Source: Syntrophobacteraceae bacterium
GTDB lineage: Bacteria > Desulfobacterota > Syntrophobacteria > Syntrophobacterales > Syntrophobacteraceae
DNA: 64,000 bases
NCBI GenBank assembly: GCA_052143075.1
Contig: JBKQTS010000037.1
Coordinates: forward strand, 1,913 to 65,912
Direction of reading: 5' to 3'
Below the pieces are notes generated by a model. The model was not told the DNA's origin. It worked only from the letters and a program-made list of their open reading frames with translations, and made no database searches. Positions 26,823 to 34,831 of this stretch are shown piece by piece (the stretch's first letter is position 1; every line of letters begins with the position of its first letter). A program made the position numbers and the translations under genes.

Positions 26823-28106
26823 CTAACTCTGCCAGTTCGGTCTTCCCCTCATCCAATCCGAAACCGTTTCCTCTATCCAGCCTTCGAGCCCCTCCGCCAG
26901 GTAAAACGCCGGACGCAGGAGATCGTCCATTGGTGAAATAACCCCCTCGGCTGCTGCGGCAGCGGCAAGGGCCGTATACGGATAAATCCGGATTCCCGTG
27001 GTGACCTTCATTGCCTCCAATTGGAGAGAATCCGCAAACTCCAGACTCTCCTCAACTGTTTCCCTGGTCTCTCCGGGTCCTCCGAGCAGAAGAAACCCCA
27101 TCCGACCGATCCCGTATCCGGCCAGCATTTCTGAAATCCTGCGGACTTCTTCGGGATCGAACCTCTTGTTGAACGAACGCAATATTTTCCTCGATCCGCT
27201 CTCAAATCCGAAGGCCACATCGACACACCCGGCCCTGGCCATCCTTTCGATAAGACTTTCTTCGATTTTCCAGGGATAAAGTATGGCGCGCCATTGAATT
27301 TCGAGATTTCTCCCGCTCAGCGCGTTGCAAAGTTGGCCGGCGTATGAGGGAGGAAAATTAAAAGTATTGTCCACAAAGAAAAAATTCTTAAACCCTGCTG
27401 CAGCGAACCGTGAAATCGAATTGACTGCAATCTCAGGGGACCTTTTCCGCAAAATCGGCCCCTCTATGGTTGCGGTCGAACAGTAACTGCATTCCATCGG
27501 GCAGCCCCTCCGGGTCTGGAAGGGAAGCCATATTTTCTGATTTTTGAATTCAGTGGGAAACGAAAACAGGCCCGCGGGATCGGGCAACACGGAGTCGTCG
27601 AGCCTTTTCAGGACCTCGGTCTTATTTTCGCGGGCAGAATCGGCCAAAACCAGGTTCGGAACACCGGCCAGGCCCTCTTTTCGGGAAAGTGCGTTCAAAA
27701 GCTTAACAAAAGCGGCTTCCCCCTCGCCTTTTATCCCCATGTCCGCTCCAAGATAGGCCAGGGCGCTTCGAGGATAAATGCTGTATCCCGCTCCTCCCAG
27801 GACGATAGGGGCTGAGGTGAGCTTGCGGCAGGAAGTTACGACGTTTTTTACGGCATCCAGAAGAAATTTGGGAGAGTTCATGCACTGATCGTCGATGTTT
27901 CTGACCGAAACGCCGATAAGTTCGGGATTAAAGCCTGAAACGGCATTTTCAAGTTTGAGTTCCTCGGAGTCATCTTTTGTCATGAGGTTCAAAAGCCTGA
28001 CTTCATGGCCTGCATGCTCGGCCGACGCAGCAACACAGGCCAGACCCATCGGCAGCACAGGCATCTGGAGTTGTTCCGTATTGGCTGAAATAAGGAGTGC
28101 GCGCAT
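26823..28106 (-). CDS. B12-binding-domain radical SAM protein
   Basis: N-terminal Rossmann-like B12 domain (MRALLISANTEQLQMPVLPMGLACVAASAEHAGHEVRLLNL). Radical SAM cluster motif RRGCPMECSYCS (Cx3Cx2C). GTG 28118 is an alternative start. Confidence 0.8.
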   Translation of the reverse strand: MRALLISANTEQLQMPVLPMGLACVAASAEHAGHEVRLLNLMTKDDSEELKLENAVSGFNPELIGVSVRNIDDQCMNSPKFLLDAVKNVVTSCRKLTSAPIVLGGAGYSIYPRSALAYLGADMGIKGEGEAAFVKLLNALSRKEGLAGVPNLVLADSARENKTEVLKRLDDSVLPDPAGLFSFPTEFKNQKIWLPFQTRRGCPMECSYCSTATIEGPILRKRSPEIAVNSISRFAAAGFKNFFFVDNTFNFPPSYAGQLCNALSGRNLEIQWRAILYPWKIEESLIERMARAGCVDVAFGFESGSRKILRSFNKRFDPEEVRRISEMLAGYGIGRMGFLLLGGPGETRETVEESLEFADSLQLEAMKVTTGIRIYPYTALAAAAAAEGVISPMDDLLRPAFYLAEGLEGWIEETVSDWMRGRPNWQS

Positions 28107-28566
28107 AGCTCCTTCCACGGTTGGTTATGGGTCAGGTCTTAAATGATAGCATTTTTCGGAGTTTTTTCGAGTAAAGATCAATTCCTGGCAATGGCTCATT
28201 TTGAAATTTTCGCCCCACAAACAATTTCGCTTTGACAATATATCCACGGTAACTGCCACTTTCATTTTTCCCCGCCTCACATTGCTGGGACGAGGTCCTT
28301 CCGAAAGTGGGTTTTATCTTGCCTTGTAATTTTCCGCTCATTCGCAGAACTGCGAAAATATTGTTGTGATTTTGATTTTAAAAAGTAAAATCAACTTTGT
28401 TCATTGTGCGGTGAGGCTCTGATGCGTATTTTCATCTCATGATTACCTCTGTCAGGCCGCCAGAACAGAGGTAACTTGGCTTTCGGCCCATGGACCGGCA
28501 ACAATACCAGGGCCGGAATGTCAGCTTTTCGTTTCAGTTCAGCCGGACCAATGCCGATCTAATACC

Positions 28567-28596
28567 TTGACACCGCATGGATCAGGGCCATAGATT
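28567..28596 (+). promoter_or_regulatory. Candidate sigma-70 promoter for hicBA
   Basis: TTGACA (28567-28572), an 18-nt spacer, then TAGATT (28591-28596), about 30 nt upstream of the hicB start. Confidence 0.4.
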
Positions 28597-28624
28597 GTTC
28601 GGGCTCGCTCAGAGGAGTCAAGCC

Positions 28625-28963
28625 ATGGAAATCCAAATTACCTTTACCGCCAAGCTACCGATTCAAATTAAGAAGAAAGCAAAGTGGTTTGTTGCATCCT
28701 GCCCCGTATTAGATGTATCCAGCCAAGGTGAAACAGAGGAAGTGGCGAAAAAAAATATCGTTGAAGCTCTCTATATGTTTCTGCGCTCTTGCCTGGAGCG
28801 AGGAACGCTTGATGCTGTATTGAAGCAGTGCGGGTTCAAGTCTATGGTGGTGCAAGATGAGGATATTGGTCCTGCAGAATCGCCCGCAGGGCAGGAGTAT
28901 GTGGACATTCCTCTGCACCTTCTTTCGCGATTGGAGGAAAATCGCCAGTGTCACCGCGCATAA
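28625..28963 (+). CDS. hicB: HicB-family antitoxin (UPF0150 fold)
   Basis: ATG 28625 with GAGGAG upstream. MEIQITFTAKLPIQIKKKAKWFVASCPVLDVSSQGETEEVAKKNIVEALYMFL… is the typical HicB N-terminal domain. It overlaps hicA. Confidence 0.7.
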   Translation: MEIQITFTAKLPIQIKKKAKWFVASCPVLDVSSQGETEEVAKKNIVEALYMFLRSCLERGTLDAVLKQCGFKSMVVQDEDIGPAESPAGQEYVDIPLHLLSRLEENRQCHRA

Positions 28964-29184
28964 CGCCGGTTCATTGGAGGATTTTGGAATGCATTTTCAA
29001 GAAAGCTGGTTTTGTTTTTGACCGCCAGGAAAGCAGCCACAGATCCTACAACAAATCCGGGTGCCTGCGTCCTGTTGTGATACCAACCTACAACGAAGTT
29101 GACGACGATATAATCCGTGGACTCATGCGAACGGCAGGGATGACGAGGAAAAAATACTTTGAATATTTAGAGCAATGTAAGTAG
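28948..29184 (+). CDS. hicA: HicA-family mRNA-interferase toxin
   Basis: 78 aa with a GTG start that overlaps hicB by 16 nt. …WRILECIFKKAGFVFDRQESSHRSYNKSGCLRPVVIPTYNEV… resembles the HicA pattern (l...GF...r..GSH..y......~..vP.H). Confidence 0.7.
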   Translation: MSPRITPVHWRILECIFKKAGFVFDRQESSHRSYNKSGCLRPVVIPTYNEVDDDIIRGLMRTAGMTRKKYFEYLEQCK

Positions 29185-29595
29185 GCGTTCTGCCCTAATC
29201 CGCGTACAGAACAGAAATTGCCCCCCAAGTGATCGATAGCATTCTTAGACGGTTTGAAATCCCAACGGCTGAGTTCTGCGGACTACCCCTAAGGACAAAA
29301 GAAATTAACCCGTGGTAATTGCCGCCACTTTTCAGCCTTTAGATCCTGGCTTTCCCACCCTTTTTCTCACCAAGGCGGCCAAGCTCAACGGCGGCAGGAT
29401 TCTTTTGCGGTTCGAGCGGTTGCTGTGGCTTGTCTTCGGACGTGGCCCGATCCACAATGGAGGAGACGAGTCGATTCAGGTCTTTGGGAGTCAGACCGGC
29501 TTGCGGCATGTTTTTTTTGAAAACTGCCGCCGGTGTGATATAAATTCGAATTCAAATCTGTAAATAAATCAGACAACAGGAGCGAAACTCGCCTC

Positions 29596-31227
29596 ATGAA
29601 AGTCGCATACTTCAGCATGGAAATCGGGCTCAATGAAAGCATTCCAACCTACAGCGGAGGGCTTGGCATTCTGGCCGGGGACCACATCAAATCCGCTGCC
29701 GACCTGAACATCCCCTTGGTCGCCGTAACGCTTCTCTACAAACGCGGCTACTTCATTCAGAATATAAACCCTTTTGGGCAGCAGGAAGAGATCTACCCCT
29801 ACTTCGACCCGCGCGCGTTCATGGAACCTCTTCCGTTCAAGGTAACCATAAGGCTCGCGGGTCGAGACGTGCAGATAGGCGTCTGGAAGCATAACGTGGT
29901 TGGGATGCATAACGGGACCGGATCGGGACGCGTGCCGATCTATTTTCTCGATGCCGATCTTCCGGGAAACGCGCCCGAAGACAGGCTCATAACCCAGTAT
30001 CTCTACGGTGGAGACCAGCATACCCGGATATCGCAGGAAGCGGTTCTCGGAATCGGCGGATATCTCGCGTTGAAACGCCTGGAGCCGAAAATCACCACAT
30101 ATCACATGAACGAAGGACACGCGGTTTTCCTCACCCTCGCCATGCTCAAGGACCTTGGAGGAGACGAAGAGCAGGTAAGATCGAAGTGCGTATTCACCAC
30201 GCATACGCCGGTTCCCGCCGGCCACGATAAATTCGGCTACGACCTCGCATCGAAGGTCATCGGGGAGTACCTGCCCTCAAATATCGGGAAGCTTGCTGGC
30301 TACAATGAGCTGAACACCACCGTTCTTGCCCTAAATCTGTCGCGCACAGCAAACGGAGTGAGCCAACTGCACGGGGAAATATCCAGGCAGATGTTTCCCG
30401 GGTTCAACATCGGCTACATCACAAACGGGGTGCACCACTTGAGCTGGACCGGCCCTGACTTCATGGAGCTATACGACAAATACATCCCGCTCTGGAGGCA
30501 GGACCCACAACGACTGGGCGACATTTCGGCAATTCCGGACAGCGACATCGTCGAAGCAAAAAGGAAGGCCAAAAAGCGGCTCATAAGATACATAAATTCC
30601 CTGTCCGGCGAAGGGTTTACAGACGAACCGCTGACGATCTGTTTCGCGCGGCGCGCAGCAGCCTATAAGCGCGCAACTCTCATTTTCAGCGATCTGGAAT
30701 TTCTTTTCAATCTTTCTTACGACCGGGTGCAGTTCGTATTCGCCGGAAAAGCTCATCCGCAGGACGAAGCGGGAAAAGAGCTGATCCGGCAGATAGTAAA
30801 TATAGGGAAGCAATACGAAAAACAGCTTCGGCTGGTCTTTGTCCCGAATTACAACATCTGGGTGGCAGGCCTGATGACCGCGGGGGCCGACGTGTGGCTC
30901 AATACTCCCCGTCGTCCAAGGGAGGCGAGCGGAACGAGCGGTATGAAAGTTTGCTTTAACGGCGGGGTGAATATGAGCGTTCTGGACGGATGGTGGCGCG
31001 AAGCCTGCCAGGACCGGGTGAATGGGTGGGCCATCGGGGACGACGAAGACCAGGATGACGAAGCCGCCACCGAAGACTTCTATCGGGACCTTGAAGACAT
31101 GGTTACGACCTACTACGCCAACCCCAGAAAGTGGCTCTCCATAATAAGGCGGTCCATCTCCGACATAACCCCTCAGTTCAATACCCACAGGATGGTGCTG
31201 GAATATTTTAAGAACTACTACAAGTAA
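29596..31227 (+). CDS. glgP: Alpha-glucan phosphorylase (GT35, short 'alpha-glucan family' type)
   Basis: MKVAYFSMEIGLNESIPTYSGGLGILAGDHIKSAADLNIPLVAVTLLYKRGYF… together with the PLP-lysine motif EASGTSGMK. Confidence 0.85.
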   Translation: MKVAYFSMEIGLNESIPTYSGGLGILAGDHIKSAADLNIPLVAVTLLYKRGYFIQNINPFGQQEEIYPYFDPRAFMEPLPFKVTIRLAGRDVQIGVWKHNVVGMHNGTGSGRVPIYFLDADLPGNAPEDRLITQYLYGGDQHTRISQEAVLGIGGYLALKRLEPKITTYHMNEGHAVFLTLAMLKDLGGDEEQVRSKCVFTTHTPVPAGHDKFGYDLASKVIGEYLPSNIGKLAGYNELNTTVLALNLSRTANGVSQLHGEISRQMFPGFNIGYITNGVHHLSWTGPDFMELYDKYIPLWRQDPQRLGDISAIPDSDIVEAKRKAKKRLIRYINSLSGEGFTDEPLTICFARRAAAYKRATLIFSDLEFLFNLSYDRVQFVFAGKAHPQDEAGKELIRQIVNIGKQYEKQLRLVFVPNYNIWVAGLMTAGADVWLNTPRRPREASGTSGMKVCFNGGVNMSVLDGWWREACQDRVNGWAIGDDEDQDDEAATEDFYRDLEDMVTTYYANPRKWLSIIRRSISDITPQFNTHRMVLEYFKNYYK

Positions 31228-31302
31228 GATGAGGACCGTGAATCAGAGAAAAAAGGCAGCGGGGATTTGCTGTTTCCCCCCTTTTGTAACGCGATATTAT
31301 AC

Positions 31303-31330
31303 TTGACATACTTAAAACCATGGCTATAAT
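31303..31330 (+). promoter_or_regulatory. Near-consensus sigma-70 promoter upstream of the transposase
   Basis: TTGACA (31303-31308), a 16-nt spacer, then TATAAT (31325-31330). AAGGAG follows at 31341-31346 and the ATG at 31353. Confidence 0.55.
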
Positions 31331-31352
31331 AAGATCAACAAAGGAGATAGCC

Positions 31353-32303
31353 ATGAGCCAGTCAGTGTTTTCCGAACCAAAATTCCACGAAGAAGAAGCC
31401 GCCTTTGCATTTGTCGAATCCCTGCTTTGGCCAAAAGGTCCGGTTTGCCCTCATTGCGGCAGTAAGGAGAGGATCGGCAAACTGAATGGCAAAACCACCC
31501 GAACCGGCCTCTATAAATGCTATTCATGCCAAAAGCCTTTCACTGTCAGAATAGGGACCATCTTTGAAGATAGCCATGTCTCCTTGCGGCTCTGGCTCCA
31601 GGCAATGTACCTCATGGCGCAATCCAAGAAGGGGATTAGCGCCAATCAACTGCATCGAACTCTCGGAGTTACTTTGAAAACCGCTTGGTTCATGGGACAT
31701 CGCATCCGCGAGGCCATGCGTGAAGGCGAACTGGCTCCTTTCGGCAACAATGGCGGCACTGTCGAATCGGATGAAACCTTTCTTTGGAACGATCCCGAGA
31801 AACCCGTGAAACGCGGCTACATGCATAAGAATAAGATTCTTTCCCTGGTAGACCGTGAATCCGGGCAAGCTCGAAGCGTGGTCATTGACGAAGTAACCGC
31901 AAAGACTATCGTTCCGATTCTCAAAGAGAACATTGCCAAAGAAGCTAGGGTAATGACCGACGATGCAGGGCAGTACACCCATATCAACAAAGATTTTGCC
32001 GATCATGGCGTAGTATGCCATAGCCAAGGCGAATATGTTTCCCTTTCCGACCCCGCAATTCATACCAACACCGTCGAAGGCTTTTTCTCTATATTCAAAC
32101 GTGGAATGAAAGGCGTATATCAGCACTGCGCAAAAGAGCATATGCACCGTTATCTTGCGGAGTTTGATTTCCGATACAGCAAGAGAATCGCCAAGGGGGT
32201 TGATGATATTCTCCGCGCTGAGAAAATCCTTTGTGGCGTAGTTGGCAAGCGCCTTACTTATCAAACGACTAATCTCCAAATCAAAGGAGGAATGAACATT
32301 TGA
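31353..32303 (+). CDS. IS1595-family (ISXO2-like) transposase
   Basis: N-terminal Zn-ribbon CPHCGSKERIGKLNG…YKCYSCQKPFTVRIGTIFEDSHVSLRLWLQAMYLM. DDE region …VESDETF…MTDDAGQY…NTVEGFFSIFKRGMKGVYQH. The ORF track starts at 31320, which lies inside the -10 box; the SD-supported ATG at 31353 is preferred. Confidence 0.85.
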   Translation: MSQSVFSEPKFHEEEAAFAFVESLLWPKGPVCPHCGSKERIGKLNGKTTRTGLYKCYSCQKPFTVRIGTIFEDSHVSLRLWLQAMYLMAQSKKGISANQLHRTLGVTLKTAWFMGHRIREAMREGELAPFGNNGGTVESDETFLWNDPEKPVKRGYMHKNKILSLVDRESGQARSVVIDEVTAKTIVPILKENIAKEARVMTDDAGQYTHINKDFADHGVVCHSQGEYVSLSDPAIHTNTVEGFFSIFKRGMKGVYQHCAKEHMHRYLAEFDFRYSKRIAKGVDDILRAEKILCGVVGKRLTYQTTNLQIKGGMNI

Positions 32304-32534
32304 GACCGCTCGGGGCCTCTGCTCGGAACGATGGAGCGGGGAGACCAAGCCGCAAAGAAAGGATAGAGTCCATATGCTCCTTCTAGAAATCTCTTTTCTA
32401 GAAAGGATATGGCTATGGTGCATAAATTCTTCCTCATCGCCCATACCATCCTGGTCATCTTGGAGATACTCTCTGAGATGATCCTAAGCAACTAGGCTTT
32501 CCTTGCCTCGGCGGTCTCAAATGTTCATTCCTCC
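32286..32534. repeat. 249-bp unit bounded by a perfect 24-bp inverted repeat (MITE-like unit or long hairpin)
   Basis: ggaggaatgaacatttgagaccgc (32286-32309) contains the last transposase codons and the stop. Its exact reverse complement, gcggtctcaaatgttcattcctcc, lies at 32511-32534. The interior has two ttctagaa palindromes. Confidence 0.8.
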
Positions 32535-32551
32535 ATGTTAAAAAGGAATCG

Positions 32552-32713
32552 ATGATGTCCAAGAAAAAACTCAAATCCGACGATCCCGAACAGTCCGCTC
32601 GGTTTATTGAAACTGCCGAGCGGATCAAGGCGGATGATGATAAAGAGCGATTCAGTAAAGCCGTAAAACAAATTGTATCGGCTAGGAAGCCATCATCCAA
32701 AGACAAAACATAA
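32552..32713 (+). CDS. Hypothetical small charged protein (53 aa; below the ORF-track cutoff)
   Basis: Hand translation: MMSKKKLKSDDPEQSARFIETAERIKADDDKERFSKAVKQIVSARKPSSKDKT*. AAAAGGAA lies upstream. No family name assigned. Confidence 0.4.
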   Translation: MMSKKKLKSDDPEQSARFIETAERIKADDDKERFSKAVKQIVSARKPSSKDKT

Positions 32714-32718
32714 GGTCC

Positions 32719-33636
32719 TTACGGGGAGACCGTCCTCTTGGGTTTTGTTTCCATCTGGTGCACAAGCATTCTAATGCTTTCTGCATCAAAAAATTCAGTA
32801 ATTACATTACCAAACAAACATAGTTCAGAATCCCAAGTTTCCGGCGTCAGCTTATAGTGCCCATCCGGCAATGCTTTTGTAAAAACCTTCCGCATTCTTC
32901 CGGCCAGAAGATCCGCTGCTTGCAAAGGAATGAGTTTGTCTTTTGAGTCAAAAGTGATTGATCCCAGCCTATCGCCGTTCTCTATTTCAATCCGTGTTTC
33001 ATAAAAACATCCGAGAGCCTGTTTTTTAAATTCATGTTGCAAATCGAAAAAAAACCCTACTGGGTCACTTGCTGTTATGAAAGAGCAGGATTGTTTAAAA
33101 AATCTCAAAGTCATCTGGAGGAAAAGCCGGAAGCAGAAATGATACGGGTGCCCCCCCACCATGTCTTTTAGCCAGACAGGGACAATCTCATCATAGTCCT
33201 TGACACTCAGAAAGCCGCCAAAGGCGAACATGGTATTGTTTCTAGCGACCGGTATGAGTTCGCGCATGAATTGATCTTTCTTTGGATCATCCCAATGTTT
33301 GAACTCGCCCTTTCCGTGCGATAGGTCTGACAGATGGAATACCTTTACACCATAAGAATTTAGAACTGATTCCCATTCCGTGCAAAAGCATCTCCAATTT
33401 TCTCGCGGGGCAAAGTAGCCTACAATGGCGGCTATTTCTGAGCCAACGTGCCGTCCTGTCGGATCGTGGGTACCAGACTCGTCTGCGTAGACATCAAAAG
33501 CCATGAAAAACCTTTCTAGCAGGGCACCGACTATCCGCTCAAACTGTTGTTCTGCTCTCCAACTAATACCGTTCTGCTGATCGGGGAAATGGAACCCCGG
33601 AATATGATTGGCTACCATTTCGTTTTCCCTTTTCAA
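32719..33636 (-). CDS. DUF3800-domain protein
   Basis: 305 aa. The N-terminal block FDVYADESGTHDP… (the 'DESG' signature of DUF3800) and the later …LQAADLLAG… fit the family pattern. Confidence 0.6.
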   Translation of the reverse strand: MKRENEMVANHIPGFHFPDQQNGISWRAEQQFERIVGALLERFFMAFDVYADESGTHDPTGRHVGSEIAAIVGYFAPRENWRCFCTEWESVLNSYGVKVFHLSDLSHGKGEFKHWDDPKKDQFMRELIPVARNNTMFAFGGFLSVKDYDEIVPVWLKDMVGGHPYHFCFRLFLQMTLRFFKQSCSFITASDPVGFFFDLQHEFKKQALGCFYETRIEIENGDRLGSITFDSKDKLIPLQAADLLAGRMRKVFTKALPDGHYKLTPETWDSELCLFGNVITEFFDAESIRMLVHQMETKPKRTVSP

Positions 33637-33668
33637 ACGCGGTATGTCAAGTATGATATCGCGTTTTG

Positions 33669-33809
33669 TAAAGGGGGGCAGGGGGGATTTTCATTATCCG
33701 ATACCACATAAGCACTTGCAATCCCCCTCTATCCCCCTTTGCAAAAGGGGGAAGAAGAGAATGGCCCCGTCGGCCTTGACCGATCATTTCTGAATTGCGA
33801 CACAGCCTC
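33669..33809. repeat. Hairpin repeat, family 2, copy 1 (CCCCCTTTGCAAAAGGGGG … TTGCGACACAG)
   Basis: aatccccctctatccccctttgcaaaagggggaagaagagaatgg … tgaattgcgacacagcctc. An inverted partial copy (gtaaaggggggcaggggggatt) lies just upstream. Related to 50003..50070. Confidence 0.6.
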
Positions 33810-33900
33810 GAAGGCCGGGGACCAGTGGACTTTGCTTTAAAATCAATCAGGCCGGTCGGGTTCAGGGGCCGTTCAATCAGCTCCCATCGGGAGGACAAAA

Positions 33901-34758
33901 ATGAAATTCAGAGAATTGCTGGATAAAGAAGAGATCATTATCGCCCCGGCCGCCTATGATGTGTTGTCCGCCCTGATCATCGAGAAAGCAGGGTTCCCGC
34001 TCGCGTATCTGGGCGGGCTTGGTAACGAAGCCAGCGATCTCGGGTATCCCGACCTGGGGCTGACCACTGTTACGGAAATTGTCAGGAAAGCTGGAAATAT
34101 AGCCGGAGTGGTGAATGTCCCGGTTGTCTGTGACGCAGATACGGGTTTTGGGGGAGCACTAAACATCTGCCGGACCGTCCGGATGTTCGAGACTGCAGGC
34201 GTTAGCGGCATCCACATCGAGGACCAGACCTTTCCTAAGAGATGTGCGGCTATTCGAGGCAAACGGCTCATGGAGGCTGAAGAATTCGCTAAAAGAATCA
34301 GGACCGCAGTCGATGCGAAGAAAAATGCAGACTTCGTAATAATAGCCAGAACCGACTCCAAAGTGGTGGGAGGAATTGATGAAGCCATAAAAAGGCTGAA
34401 CATGTATATTGAAAACGGGGCCGATATGGCCATGGTCGGAGACTTATATACTCTTGACCAATATTTGCGGCTTGTCCGGGAGGTAAAAGCTCCATTGGTC
34501 GTCTGTGCCGCCGACCCCGCACACTTCTACATCCAACCTGATTTTACCCTGGACCAATGGAAGAAAACCGGTGTGAAGATGGTCCTCTACTGGTACCTTT
34601 CGCTCTTCGCCGCAATGAAAGCGGTGCAAAGGGCCGTTGTGTCCCTGAAGCAGACCGGCTCCATCAAAGAGATAACGGATGATCTGTTCACATACAAAGA
34701 ATATGAGAAAACGGTGGATTTGGATAAGTGGTTGAAGATCGATGAGCAAGGCGCCTGA
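33901..34758 (+). CDS. Isocitrate lyase / PEP mutase superfamily enzyme (methylisocitrate-lyase / oxaloacetate-decarboxylase-like)
   Basis: FRELLDKEEIIIAPAAYDVLSALIIEKAGFPLAYLGG…, VPVVCDADTGFGGALN and GIHIEDQTFPKRCA are all hallmarks of this superfamily. Confidence 0.8.
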   Translation: MKFRELLDKEEIIIAPAAYDVLSALIIEKAGFPLAYLGGLGNEASDLGYPDLGLTTVTEIVRKAGNIAGVVNVPVVCDADTGFGGALNICRTVRMFETAGVSGIHIEDQTFPKRCAAIRGKRLMEAEEFAKRIRTAVDAKKNADFVIIARTDSKVVGGIDEAIKRLNMYIENGADMAMVGDLYTLDQYLRLVREVKAPLVVCAADPAHFYIQPDFTLDQWKKTGVKMVLYWYLSLFAAMKAVQRAVVSLKQTGSIKEITDDLFTYKEYEKTVDLDKWLKIDEQGA

Positions 34759-34831
34759 AATTTGCGACAATTGGAAGCCCTCCCTTTATCGGGAGGTTTT
34801 TCAATCCGTCATCCGGCATCAAGCGGGCTAA

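Noticed and set aside
29339-29509. 56-aa minus-strand ORF (MPQAGLTPKDLNRLVSSIVDRATSEDKPQQPLEPQKNPAAVELGRLGEKKGGKARI) resembling the start of small 'GRxGGxKGGKAR' proteins
   Set aside because: It has no SD and appears C-terminally truncated relative to the remembered family. It is possibly a pseudogene fragment, and the evidence is too weak to list it as a feature.
31228-31352. Left terminal inverted repeat of the IS1595-type element
   Set aside because: No sequence here matches the reverse complement of the region downstream of the transposase, so the IS boundaries could not be defined and no mobile_element feature was drawn around the transposase.
31524-32444. 306-aa minus-strand ORF
   Set aside because: It is antisense to the IS1595-type transposase, which has the Zn-ribbon and DDE blocks, and it has no family signature.
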